Made by a program: the position numbers and the translations under genes. Shown in pieces: positions 1 to 12,200 of a DNA stretch of 64,000 nt (the stretch's first letter is position 1; each line of letters starts with the position of its first letter). This stretch comes from Octopus sinensis (Eukaryota), in assembly GCF_006345805.1 (NCBI RefSeq), contig NC_042997.1, positions 137,268,001-137,332,000 of the forward strand. The letters run 5' to 3'. Below the pieces are notes generated by a model. It made no database searches, was not told the DNA's origin, and saw only the letters and a program-made list of their open reading frames with translations.

Positions 1-139
1 TTTCAGTCAGTCAATATCAACATAACTATATACATATAAAAACTTTAGGTATTTAACTAAGCTGTTCCCCAATCTCCAATATACTGGAAATTAAAAATAT
101 GCATTAGATATAGTCATGAAACATGAATAGAATACTTAC

Positions 140-255
140 AAAACTTGAAGTCTGTAAGTTGCCTGAAGTTGCCCACATGGTAGGGCTCAAAGGAGAATAA
201 TTCCAAGGAGTCTCAGGGACAGAAGTTTGTTGCATCAAGTAGTTGGGCCAGTTTT
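140..255 (-). CDS. TMEM131: TMEM131 exon E37 (116 nt) [39 protein letters not shown]; gene continues beyond window start
   Basis: tttcatttgatag / gtaagt; Trp/Ser/Pro-rich, as expected for the distal TMEM131 tail. Confidence 0.82.
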
Positions 256-3200
256 CTATCAAATGAAAAAGGCAATGTTGTTAGAACTGGGGGGGAAACA
301 ACAACAACAACAATAAAAAAATGTCTTAGAATGAAAACTCTTCTCACACTTACCACTTTTAACTTTATACTCTGGTTCAGCCTGAGTGCAGGAGGTTGTC
401 ATTGCTGATTGCAGCAGGTTGTAATTGTAAAAGTTTGCTGTAGAAGAAAAACATTCTTCAAATCAAGAAGATACCAGTTGATATGGAGAGAGCAAGTACA
501 AAATATATATCTTAACTTTTGAGAACATTATCAACATCATTTAAATTTCAACAATGATGGGTTTCATAGAATTAATTATATGGGAAGGATTTAACTTGCC
601 ATCATTATTTAATGTCAATTTCTCATGATGGTATGGCTTGGACAGCTTGACAGGAACTGGTAAGGCCAGGAGCAGCAGTAGGTACCTTAGTCTATTTTGA
701 CTTGATTATAGCTGGATGCTCTTCCTAATGCCAACCACTCCATACAAAATAATTTTATTTATCATTTTTTAGTTTTCTCCTGACCATAAAAGCTTCTGAT
801 CTAATTTCCATGACACAATGAGGATTTTAATGTTGAAGCTTAATAAATTATTTTCTACAGAATCATTCACTACTGCAACTGAAACCATCTGTCTTATACA
901 ATTTGTATTATAATCAAATAAAAAAACTGAGAAACCTTTATATGCAACATCAGTGTTCTTCAAATTAAATATACACTATAGAGAAATTAAATTTCAAATA
1001 GCAATAGTTACTCTAATTAGTCAATAAATTAATGAGAAAGAAAAAATTTACAGAAGGGTAAAGATAAAGACAAAACTTTCAGAGACTTCATCTAGTCAGT
1101 CAATGTAGTAGCTCCAAACTGTGTGGCATTGGTAGTACAATGTACCAAGTTGTAGCTATCCATACATAACTTGATCAACAAGCATATTTTTCATTAACTT
1201 CATTCCAATAAATATCTCCATCTCTTTCTATTTGTGACACCAGCACTAGAGTTGTTCAACACACTGGACTTCCATTTGTGGGATAGTCATATAGGATGAC
1301 AATATAGCCAAGATATGCCCTCTAGATTAATATCACCATCACGAAGTGCTCAAGTATCTTTTAACCTATTGAATCACTTTCAGTGAACTTATAATTAAAA
1401 TGACAGTTCCGCTGTTGATTTTGACAAGGAGCATTCAGTTATTAGACTAAGTGAACTATCTTAATTAATGTGTAACTGGCTGAGTATTCCACAGACATGT
1501 ACTCTCAGCATAATTCACAAGGCAAATCAGTGAAACAAGACCAACCTTAGGTACATTCCCTCCAACAGGTTTCTACAGTTTCATTCAACCCAATTTCATT
1601 CACAAGGCTTGGGTTGACCTGAGGGTATGGTTAAAAAAAAACAAAACAACTCATAGACAACAGTATAGTTGTAGTATGAAACTAGGTACTTACGAGCAGT
1701 TGAAGACATCGAGTTATTGGACGAGAAAGAGTCCAAAGAAAACTGAGGAGCTGCTTGGTTCTCAGACCCTATTGAAGTGTCAATGAGGGAAGAAGAGATC
1801 TGGTTCTCCCGGATTGATGGAAGACTGAAACTGAAAATAAATAAATAAGGTTAAACTTTTATTTTAGTCATTTGACTGGAGCACTGTCACGAAGGATTTT
1901 AGTTGAACAAATTCTAGGACTCATTTTTTTTAAAAAGCCTAGTACTTATTCTATTGTTCTCTTTTGCCAAACTGCTAAGTTACAGGGACATAAACACACC
2001 AACACTGGTTGTCAAGTGGTGGTGGGGGATAAATACAGACACACATACATAGATAGATATATACATATGATTGGCTTCTTTCATTTTCTGTCTACCAAAT
2101 CCACTCGCAAGCATCTATTAAGGTCAGCCTTAATAGATGCTTGCCCATGTACCACAGTGGAACTGAACCCTGAACCATGTGGTTGAGAAGCAAGCTTCTT
2201 ACCACACAGCTACACCTGCACTTGTTTACAGTTTACAAAGGAAATCCCCAAACACCTTCCTACTATGAGCATTAAGTTTGCCTTTTCTTATAGGTTTGAT
2301 TAATAGGGAACCTACCAAACAATACCACCAATTCTTCCTATTTTCAGATAGTAGCTTTCTAAATTGAGATTGCACCACTAATAAAGTAATGGAGTATTTT
2401 GTAGAAAGAAGTTAGAATTTTCAAAAAATAAATAAAATAAGGGCAACTCATAAATTTAAAGAAAGTGATATCAGGAAAATGTGTAAGCCATCAAATTACA
2501 CAGATTTGTAATTCCAATGAATTCTAAACTCAATTTACAATGAAAGTAAACAAAGTTTGCTTTAGAAGCATTGAGATGTATTGAAAGACAGAAATAATTT
2601 ATTCTCAAAAACATGATAATACTAATACAATAGCATGAACAGGATAAACTATCCATATATTGCAGAAAAATTCATTGCCAGCCAGCCATGAGACTAGCAC
2701 TCATCCCTGTGATTACGCGGCAAGTGCTTTATCTTTAAGCTAAACTGCCCAGTAACGAACTGCTTTGCAATTTTAGGATTTATAAATCTAGCTTTAGAAG
2801 CTTTGAGATGTATTGAAAGATACAGAAATAATTTATTCTCAAATGCTATGTATGGATAGTTTATCTTGTTCGTGTTATTGTATAACCATTATCATGCATT
2901 TGAGAATAAATTATTTCTGTATCTTTCAATACATCTCAACACTTCTAAAGCAAACTTTGTTTTCATCGTAAGTGGGTTGGAAAGATCTGCAGTAAAGTGC
3001 ATTACTATTTTACTTCATTCAGAGAATCTGATCCTAGTATGATTAGTTAGTGTTTAGTTTAACCCTTTAGCATTTAAACTGGCCTAAACAGTCAATTGGT
3101 TTTCTGCTTAAACTGGCCAGATCCAGCCTATCACACCTAATTTACAATATTATTCTAAATATAAACAATCACATCATCAAAATCTCAAAGCTAAAAGATA

Positions 3201-6200
3201 ATGTAAGATTAATTGAAAACAATGTGAATCAATAAGTATTACATTTGACAGAATAAATCTGGATGCCAGAGGGTTAAATATTGTAGAGTAAAATTTTGGA
3301 TGGGAAGTAATGAGCAACAAGAGATTTCTTCAAGATTGGAATACAAAAGTTATGAAGTAACAGTATATACAATGGAGCAGTAACTACTGAAACTGAAAAG
3401 ATACACTTAAAACTTTCTTTGTATTGTTTCACTGAGTTCCTCCTCTCAGTGTTGCAGATGGGAGAGATTAACATTGGCTGTTTTGTAACAATTGATTCAA
3501 TTTGTAATTCAAAATTAAATGAGGTTGTAGTGCTTCTTGGCAAAAGTAATATTGTCAACATTGCATTAACCATTAAGTAGTATATTTTGTGTAAAGAAGA
3601 CTTGCAATTCCATACAAATATCAATGTAAACTGATATCATAGCACAGCCAACTTTTGCAGCTAATTGTTGGTCATTTCTGTTCTATGAAGAGCTTAGCTG
3701 TGCTCCATTTCACACACACACACACACACACAGAGGAGAAAAAAAAGCTTCACATAACATTAAAATAAGCAAAAGGAAGACAACTTGATGGTGGGTCATC
3801 ATCATTATTATCATCAATTAATGTCCACTTGTCCATGTTTTCATGGGCTGGACAAAGTTTACTTAGCCAGATTTTCTACAGCTAAATGCTCTTTCTGTTG
3901 TTAACCCATACCTGTATAAGGCAATATTCCTTCATGGTGGGCTTCTTTCAGTTCCCATTTACCAAATCCTCTCAAGGTTTTGGGCAGCCAGGAGCTATAG
4001 TAGAGGACATGCCCACAGTACCACACTATAGGACTGAACCTAAAACCATGTGGCTGGGAAGCAAATTTCTTAACCACACAACCATGTCTGCATTGAGTAC
4101 AAAAATTTGTGATGGGTTTATTTTTCAGATTGCAGTGTTCTGAAATACATACAGTTCATGGATTAAGGCCAAGGAATTCCTTTATGATGTGAGACTAATA
4201 GTTTTAAGCACATCTGGCAAAGGATCAGTAACTGTCAAAGAGTAAAATAACTGAGTTGAGAATGAAGACCTTCTTAGAGAGGTGACTAGAGAAAAAAAAA
4301 AAATGAAATAGGAAAACAGGTACAGCTTCTGCTATGATGATATCTGAAATAAGACAACTTACTTGTTGTAGACAGATGGGCTTGCAGGAGAATTGGTATA
4401 GTTGGAGGGTTGGCTGCATCGAGTGGTAAAAGCACCTGGAAAATATTTACAATATGTTAGAAAGGGCAAGACAGAAATATTTCAGAATACATTTAAAAGT
4501 AATTTCTTTAAACTAATGCACTTAATTCTTCAAATAAAAAAAAAATATAAAAAAGACTTATTTTTGCTACTCTTCACTGGTAAGTGTGTTGCTAAGTTAA
4601 CATATGTTTTGTGAATTATAAAAAAAGTGTGTGTGGAATTTATTCTGTTTCAAATGATACAATATCTTTAAAGACCTGCAGTGCACACATTTTCAGTTAA
4701 GTAATATCTGTTGTGTCAATAAGAGATTCTCTACATTTTTGTTCAATCTGTGAGATACAGCAGTCATACTGTCCTAAATTTCACACTCAGCCATTAAAAA
4801 AGAAAGAAAGAAAGAAAACAAAAAATACCAGGATGGTTACACTGGTTTTTGAGTTGGAGCTGACCTGAGAATAAATGAGCAATACCTGATAGTCCATGGT
4901 CTGCAAAAAGGTTGAATTCATTCCATTTATTTTCAACTGGACTGGCAGGAGAGCTGCAAGACTTGTTAGACTTCTGTACAGAAGCTGATGGTCCGATAAG
5001 CATGTGAGTGTTGTTAGTATTGTCAATGTTGTTGTTGTTGCTGACCACACTGCTATAACTGCTTGACCGGCTACTAACAGAACTGCTGGCAGGAGAGCTT
5101 GGTAATGGAGATGATGAGATCTCTGTGGTGTTGGGATAAAAAGAAGGTGTGCTCAATGCAGTCTGAATCGGAGATGATGTATAGGAACGGTTGTGTTGAA
5201 GGGCAAAATTTTCTGTTTGACTTGCTAAATCACTGAGGTCTCCTAGAAAAAAATAAAACAATGCAGTCAGTGATGAGAAGGGAAAATGTTTGATATGAAA
5301 TTACTATTTCAGGAGAAACATGGGATTACAAATTGACAGCAAACAAGAAAGTCTTCAAAGAGCATTCTTACCAATGGGTGCCACACGAGCTGGTGTGTCC
5401 CATGGATCTTTACATTTCCGCATATAATCATTCTCAGATCGGCTAGAAGCATTATCATCTGGAAAAGGAAAGATTGAGAAGATGAATTAAGAAAATATAA
5501 AAATTAAAACACAAGGAGCAAAAAATTAAGAAAATAAAAGTGGTAATAGAGAATAAGGCATGTGTAACAGTTTACAAAGATCTAAACTTAGTGAAGGTTG
5601 GGTGGACTTATTGCTTATAATACTGGCAAATAGTGGTTGTTTGTATTATAGCAAAAAGGTTTGGAATGGTGCATACCTTCAGAGCTTGTGGTGTACCCAA
5701 GCCTGGCTTTTCCTTTATTCTGTCTAGGGGCCTTTTTAGTTTTGTTGACTACTTCCACAGTGTATTCCTTTCTCTCAGGAGATTTCTTAGGTTCCAGATT
5801 ATAAGGTAGAGCCAGTGTACTGAAATAAAAAGAAGTCAATATATTAGATAGGGAGTTATGCATCTACAATGTTTACTTAAAATCCCCAAATAGTCTACGA
5901 AAAGAGGTTCGCCTAATAAAACCCATAGCAGAGCTATATATCCTTCACTACATTTCTTCATTAAACACTTTAACAGACAATGGATTTTTTCCTTTTAAAA
6001 ACTCATGATCTTTTCAGGTGTCCAACATGTGACAATTTAAATGAAGCTCTAATCAGCTCATTTTTACTGACCAAACTATTTTGACACCCTTCTCTGAGAC
6101 AATATGAATCCAACAAACTTTATCTTGTTCAGTAACAATCATGCTGCTTTGTCCTGTAGATTTAGATATATACACAAACTCTCAAAATATTCCCACTCTC

Positions 6201-9200
6201 ATAAAAGCTTACAGCATTTCTTGTACTCAAAATCAGTTAAAATTTCGGACATATGTATTGGCAAGGGATAACATCTGTTCAGCCATCCTGCCAGGTTTCA
6301 GTTAAATCATGGGACTGCAACATTGTGGACTGTGAAGAGCTCAACTGAGCCAATGGTGCTTCTTATGTTGAAGCTGAGCAGAGGAATCCTAGAAAATCAA
6401 CTATCAGGACCACCAAACTGTCAAGAGGGTAACTGCAATGCATCCATAGAAGTGGCATCCATGGTTGTAATCAACTAATGAAAGATTCACTGACTCAAGC
6501 CCCCAATTCAAATTCATAATGAAATTGGATGATGACAGAGTTATGGGAAGCTGCAAAAGCAGCAAAAAAAAAAAAAAAAAAAAAAAATCTTACTTAGGTT
6601 TCCAGATATTTCCACCATAAGTATCTTTGGGGTTCACTTTTATTTTCTTGTGAGCTTTTGATCGTGTAGTCAACTCAAAATCATCATCAGCATAGACAAT
6701 GTCTTCAATAATTGGAGAATGTTTCTCAACTGGTTTGGATTTCTTGGACTTGGATTTTGATACCTCCGAAAAATTGTTGGAATTATTACTTGCTTCCCTG
6801 GAACAATTCTAGAAAGGAATAAACAATATTAATTTTAAAAATAATCTTTACTAGTAAACACAAGGATTGAAATTTTAGGGAAGGTAGGCTAGTTGATTAC
6901 ATTAACCCCATTGCTCAACTGGTATTTGTTTTATGAACCCTGAAAGGAAAAAAGGCAATGTTGGCCTTGGTAGCATTTGAATTCAGAACATAAAGCTGGA
7001 TGAAATGCCACTATGCATTTTGTCCAATGTGTTAATGATTCTGCCAGTTCACCACCTTAAATTTTAAAAATAACCTGGTAACAGTAGAGCATTCATCCAT
7101 CTTTTATAGCATAACTCGTGTTGGATCATGCTGGAAATCCAAGAAATTTGCATGAGTTACATAAGCGATATATAGTTAACAATTTTATTAGGTGTTTAAT
7201 ATCCAGGAGATAATGTAGCAGCTTAGCATACTGAAATTGGACAGCAAACTCTAAAGTGAGAAAAAAAAATGTATACAAAACCTTTTCTTCAAAATCACCC
7301 GTGGAAGATTCTGTTGTTGTAGATGATGTTTCATCTTTCTCATCTGTTACATCTTTCATTGTGGTAAACTGGGACTTCGTATTCTGTTCTTTGTTTTCTT
7401 GCTTATTTTTCTTCTTTCTGTTCTTTCCATTTTTATTTGTTTGGACTGCAGTAAAACAGGACATAAAATATTTGAATAAGAAAAAGCCAAGTGCATATAA
7501 GAAGGTGATGTTGATTAAATCAAGTCCAGTTTATTACTGATAGCTTTATCAACCCAAAAGATATAAAAGTTAACTGGTAATTCAAACACAAAGCAACAAA
7601 GCTCAGTCTAAGTTTTCTCACAAAACACCTGAAGTTGATTTATTTGCATTATCACTCTACTCCATCATTCAGTTCTAATATAGATGATTGAAAACACATA
7701 GTATCTCCAGTGTCAGGAAGTTAAACACCAAAACATTTGGCAATGTTAGGAGGACAGTAACTGAATAAGAATTATATAAACAACCTGTCCAATCCATGTC
7801 TGTATGAAATGCAGACATAAATGAAGATGATGACTGTAATTAATTTTCATAGAAATCTAACTCTTAACTTGAAAAGGATTTAAGAACAATCATCTGCTAA
7901 CCTGTTTTAGATTACAAGCTCATAGCAAAAGAAGTTTGTAATGAAACTTTGAAGAAATTCAGTCAAAAATGAAATCTTAAGACATTGGGATGAGAGTATT
8001 AGTTGTAATGCTTTACAAACAATCACAAAGAATGCAAGCTACACTTGGTGGAGTGTAGTCAGAAGCATAAACAACAAAGCAAGTTTAAAAAAAGGAAAAA
8101 AAAACACTTTTTAGTACTAAAAAGAATAAGACTTCTTTACCTTCTGCTTTGACAGGTGTTGGTTTGTCTTCTTCAATTACAGAGCAAGTGTTCCCACGTC
8201 GTTCTTCACTAGATATTCTCCCATTACTGTTTAGCTTTGTTTCAAATGAAGAAGAGTTGAAGTCTTTTGTATCATAATTTGATTTTCTAGATTGGTTTGT
8301 ATCAGTGTTAGAAACATTTTTTTTATCACTGAATTCTGTTGAGTTGAGATCATTGTTGCACCGTTTACCTGGGCGTGTCTTTTTTCTAACTACATTGTTC
8401 TGGCCACTGTTACTACGTTCACTGAAGTCTTCAGAAGAATTTGCTGAACAGTTTTTCACATCATATATGGCAGCTTTTAAATTGTTTGATAAGTCTTTTG
8501 TATCTTTTTCATGAGAATTCACTTTTAAAATATTTGGCTTTCTCTTGTAACCAAATATTGAAAATATGGTAGGAAGCTTTTTAAATAAATAATTTGCTTT
8601 AAATGTCCACTGTTTGTCCCTCTTGTTATTTGTGTGGTCTGTGTGATTTGTTGAACTCTCAGGAAGCAAGCGTGAAGCACGACCCTCTGTAACTACAGAA
8701 GAGTTTTGTGGTAGCGTTTTAGAAACAGATGAAAGCCCAGAGATATTTTTCAGATCAAATGCTTTACCCTTCTCATATGGCTGTGTACCATTTAACACTT
8801 TGAGTTTTCGTCTGTAAGAGTCTGCCACACAAATGCGCTTTGCTTCAAGATAGGCTGTAATAAATACACACAGAGTGAGCACAACAATTATACAAATAAA
8901 GGCATAGTAGAGACCCATTTCCCAACTTGGGCGAGGTAGGGCAGCAGCGCATCTGGCTAGCATATAGGGAGGTACAGTAGCCTGCAAAGTAAAGTTCACT
9001 GGTGGCCCTAAACTTGTAGAGATTGTAAGAACACGACGAATACGAGACATGGTGAAGTCAGGAGTGAAACTGAAATGGGAAAAAAAAAAAAATTTAGTTA
9101 GGAAATTGATAATAGATTATATAAAATGATGCAACTTCACTCTGATTAAATACTTACGCAATATCTATTTTCTGACTACCATTAGGGAGCAGCTCAAAGC

Positions 9201-12200
9201 CAGCACAGTCTAACACTTTGAAACCATATCCTTCACAAGGTGAAGAATTTATGCTGAATCCATGTACATAAAATGGTAATTCTCCTGTGTTTCGCATTGT
9301 AAACATTCTTTTCACAGTAAAATGAGGCAATGAGTTTTTACCCTGCTTTTTTTCTATAAAAAAAAAAAAGAAAAAATTAGTTTTTACATTTATTTCAAGG
9401 TTTCACATCAAGTATAACATGTTAAGCAAATAGATTGTGATGAATTGTGTGAGAGAACTCTTCTTACTGCTACCTCCTCTACCATAAAATAAGAGTAGGA
9501 CCCCATTTAACAGGGTAATATATTACATCATGACCAACCTAGTATTACATCTTCACCAGCAACTATAATTCACCAGTCCAAAAAGAATACCATTTGTTTA
9601 ACAATTTTTTTATGTCTATTGTGATGGAGCAACACATTACAGGGCAATTTTAATGCAGATATCACTCCTTTGAATAGATATCTTTCAACAGTCGTTCAAT
9701 GTAGTAAACAGAAAATCAATGCTGGAGGGCAGTAAGATGAGGAGCCACAAAGAAACAAGAAGAGGAAGGCATGAGGTTTGGTAGGTGCAGAAATTGGGAG
9801 TGTCGACTGAAGGTGATTCTTAATTTCTAAAGGACTTGATTAAAATTAACAGTAGTTCAGTTGAGTCAACAGAAGCATGGTGTTAGAAGGCGGAGACATA
9901 ATACTTACTATCACAGTTCTTTAAATGTTTCTCTGTCATCTCAAAGAGTAGTGGTGTTCGAGAGCCAGCCTTTCTGTTACTGAATCTCATTTCTCCCTGA
10001 CCACCCTGACCCTGTACCACAAGACTGTCTATTATTGTTAAGTTGTTTCTGAAACAAACAAGATCCAAAATGTTACTGAGAATGGCAATAATAATTGAAG
10101 ACTAATATTTTTCATTAAGAAGATAGGAGAAATGAAAAAAAAAAAACTCCTCAATGAAGCAAAGCATCTCTACCTTGCCAAAGTATAAACAATTTGCTAA
10201 GAAAATTATACTACATTGTACACTTATTGTCAATTGTTACAATGACCATACTATTTACACGAGACACTTCAGCTGAACATGAACATTTAATTTGATTGGG
10301 CACAAATATATTGACAAAAAGGGAACCATATATGTTGAATGAAAATGTCATTAAAAGCTAACTATTTCATTTATCTTGCCTCTGGTATAGGATTAAAATC
10401 AAAACTGAAATATATCAAAGAAAGCATACAATAAAGCATCTAATTATGTTTACTGTCTACACCTATAAAACTATAATTTGTAACTATATCAAAATGAAAA
10501 TATATTTTTCTCAGTATCAAGAGTTAGTTGTAGGAAAATACTCCAACAAACCTTATAATGATTAGAGAAGTTCTAGATAGATCATCTTTAGGACGAAATC
10601 CTACTTGGAATTTTAACTTTGTTCCTGGGCTGAGGAGGGCTGTGATTGTTTCTTTGTGAGGTTTGATACCTAAAGTGTTTTCTATGTGTTTGCGGTATCG
10701 GTGGAGCTGGGAATTTGGCTGCAATTTAAAGGGTTAACATGTTACAAAAAGTTTCAAACACAGATATAGCAAAAACACATTTCAATTAGTATAATTTTCA
10801 GTTAGCAAACACAACTTAATAATTCAGAAAATTTAACTTTTAGCTTAATATTTTACAGAGCAAAATAGATTAAAATACAAACTGTAGAATAGGAGTGTTC
10901 AAGATCTGGCAAGATGAAAATATCTCTATCATCTGTTTCTATGTAATCTGAGAGATCGGATGCAAGTCTGTTAAAAGAAAATAATTTGTCTTAGTAAGGA
11001 ATAGTTACTTATTGTCTATTTACAAGAGAACAAAACCAGCACTATCAAAGCTGATTTGAAGGCTCAACAACATTAGTAGTATGCCAACAGTGACCTATCC
11101 CCTTTTCTTATCCAGTTTTAATTAATTCATTCACAACAACCATCATTACTGCATCAAGACTCACTAATTATCTGTTACTATCAACATAGTATATAGCTAA
11201 CTGGATCCTACCATACCAACTGTGACACTAGATAAGAAACATAATTTCTAGTTTTCTTAGTTGCTCTTAGTGAATTTTGGAACAGCAGTGTGATGTGGAT
11301 AAAAAAAAATTTTTAACCTTAATTATCAATAGTAAGAATGTGATTCCTGATTGCTTCATATGCCGAAGATAACACTGCATATACCCATGGCTCACTTTCA
11401 TATTAAACCTAACATTTCCACAATGAACATCTGCACTAATAATTTGCACATGATGTCTTAGTTGCAGAACTAAGGGAACAGAAAACTTGTTCTGTTTCAA
11501 TAAACCTTGATCTCACTATAAAATAGATAGGATTTTCTGTGTTGCCATGTCATTTGTAGAGTTATTACAAAGCCATTTTCAGCATCGCATGCTTGTGCTC
11601 TTTCCAAAATTTGCACCATAACACCCTCAAGAGTTTCAGACCCCACTTCTGATTTCTCTATTGATGTTCTTCAGTTGCATCAGGGTCTCCGGTTTGTTGA
11701 CATAAATCCTGTCTTTCAGGTATCCCGACAAGAAAAAATCCAGGCTAGAGAAGTCTGGGGAATGTGAAGGCTATCAAAGTAGATTTCACACATTGTTCTA
11801 GCAAGATGGGTCAACTGTTCATACCGCAAGAGAAACAATACAGTTACTACGGCAGTGCTTTGGAGAGAATAATTTCCTGCTATGTCATTAATTGGCCTTC
11901 ACGTTCCCCAGACTTAACAAGCCTGGACTTTTTCTTGTGGGGATACCTGAAAGAGAGGGTTTATGGCAACAAACCGGAGACCCTGGTGCAACTGAAGGAG
12001 AATATCAATAGAGAAATCAGAGAAGTGGGGTCTGAAACTCTTGAGGGTGTTTTGGTGCAAGTTTTGGAAAGAGCATGGGTGTGTGAAGCCAAGAATGGCT
12101 GCCATTTAAATGATATCATTTTTCATATGTGATGTAGTGGTGTTGCAAAATTTGACTTGTGCATATCAATTTCCAATATGTTCTTTATATTGTATCAAAA

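Noticed and set aside
3274-3624. 116-aa minus-strand ORF in the E34-E35 intron
   Set aside because: No phase-compatible exon, hydrophobic AT-rich intron-like composition and no recognisable motif
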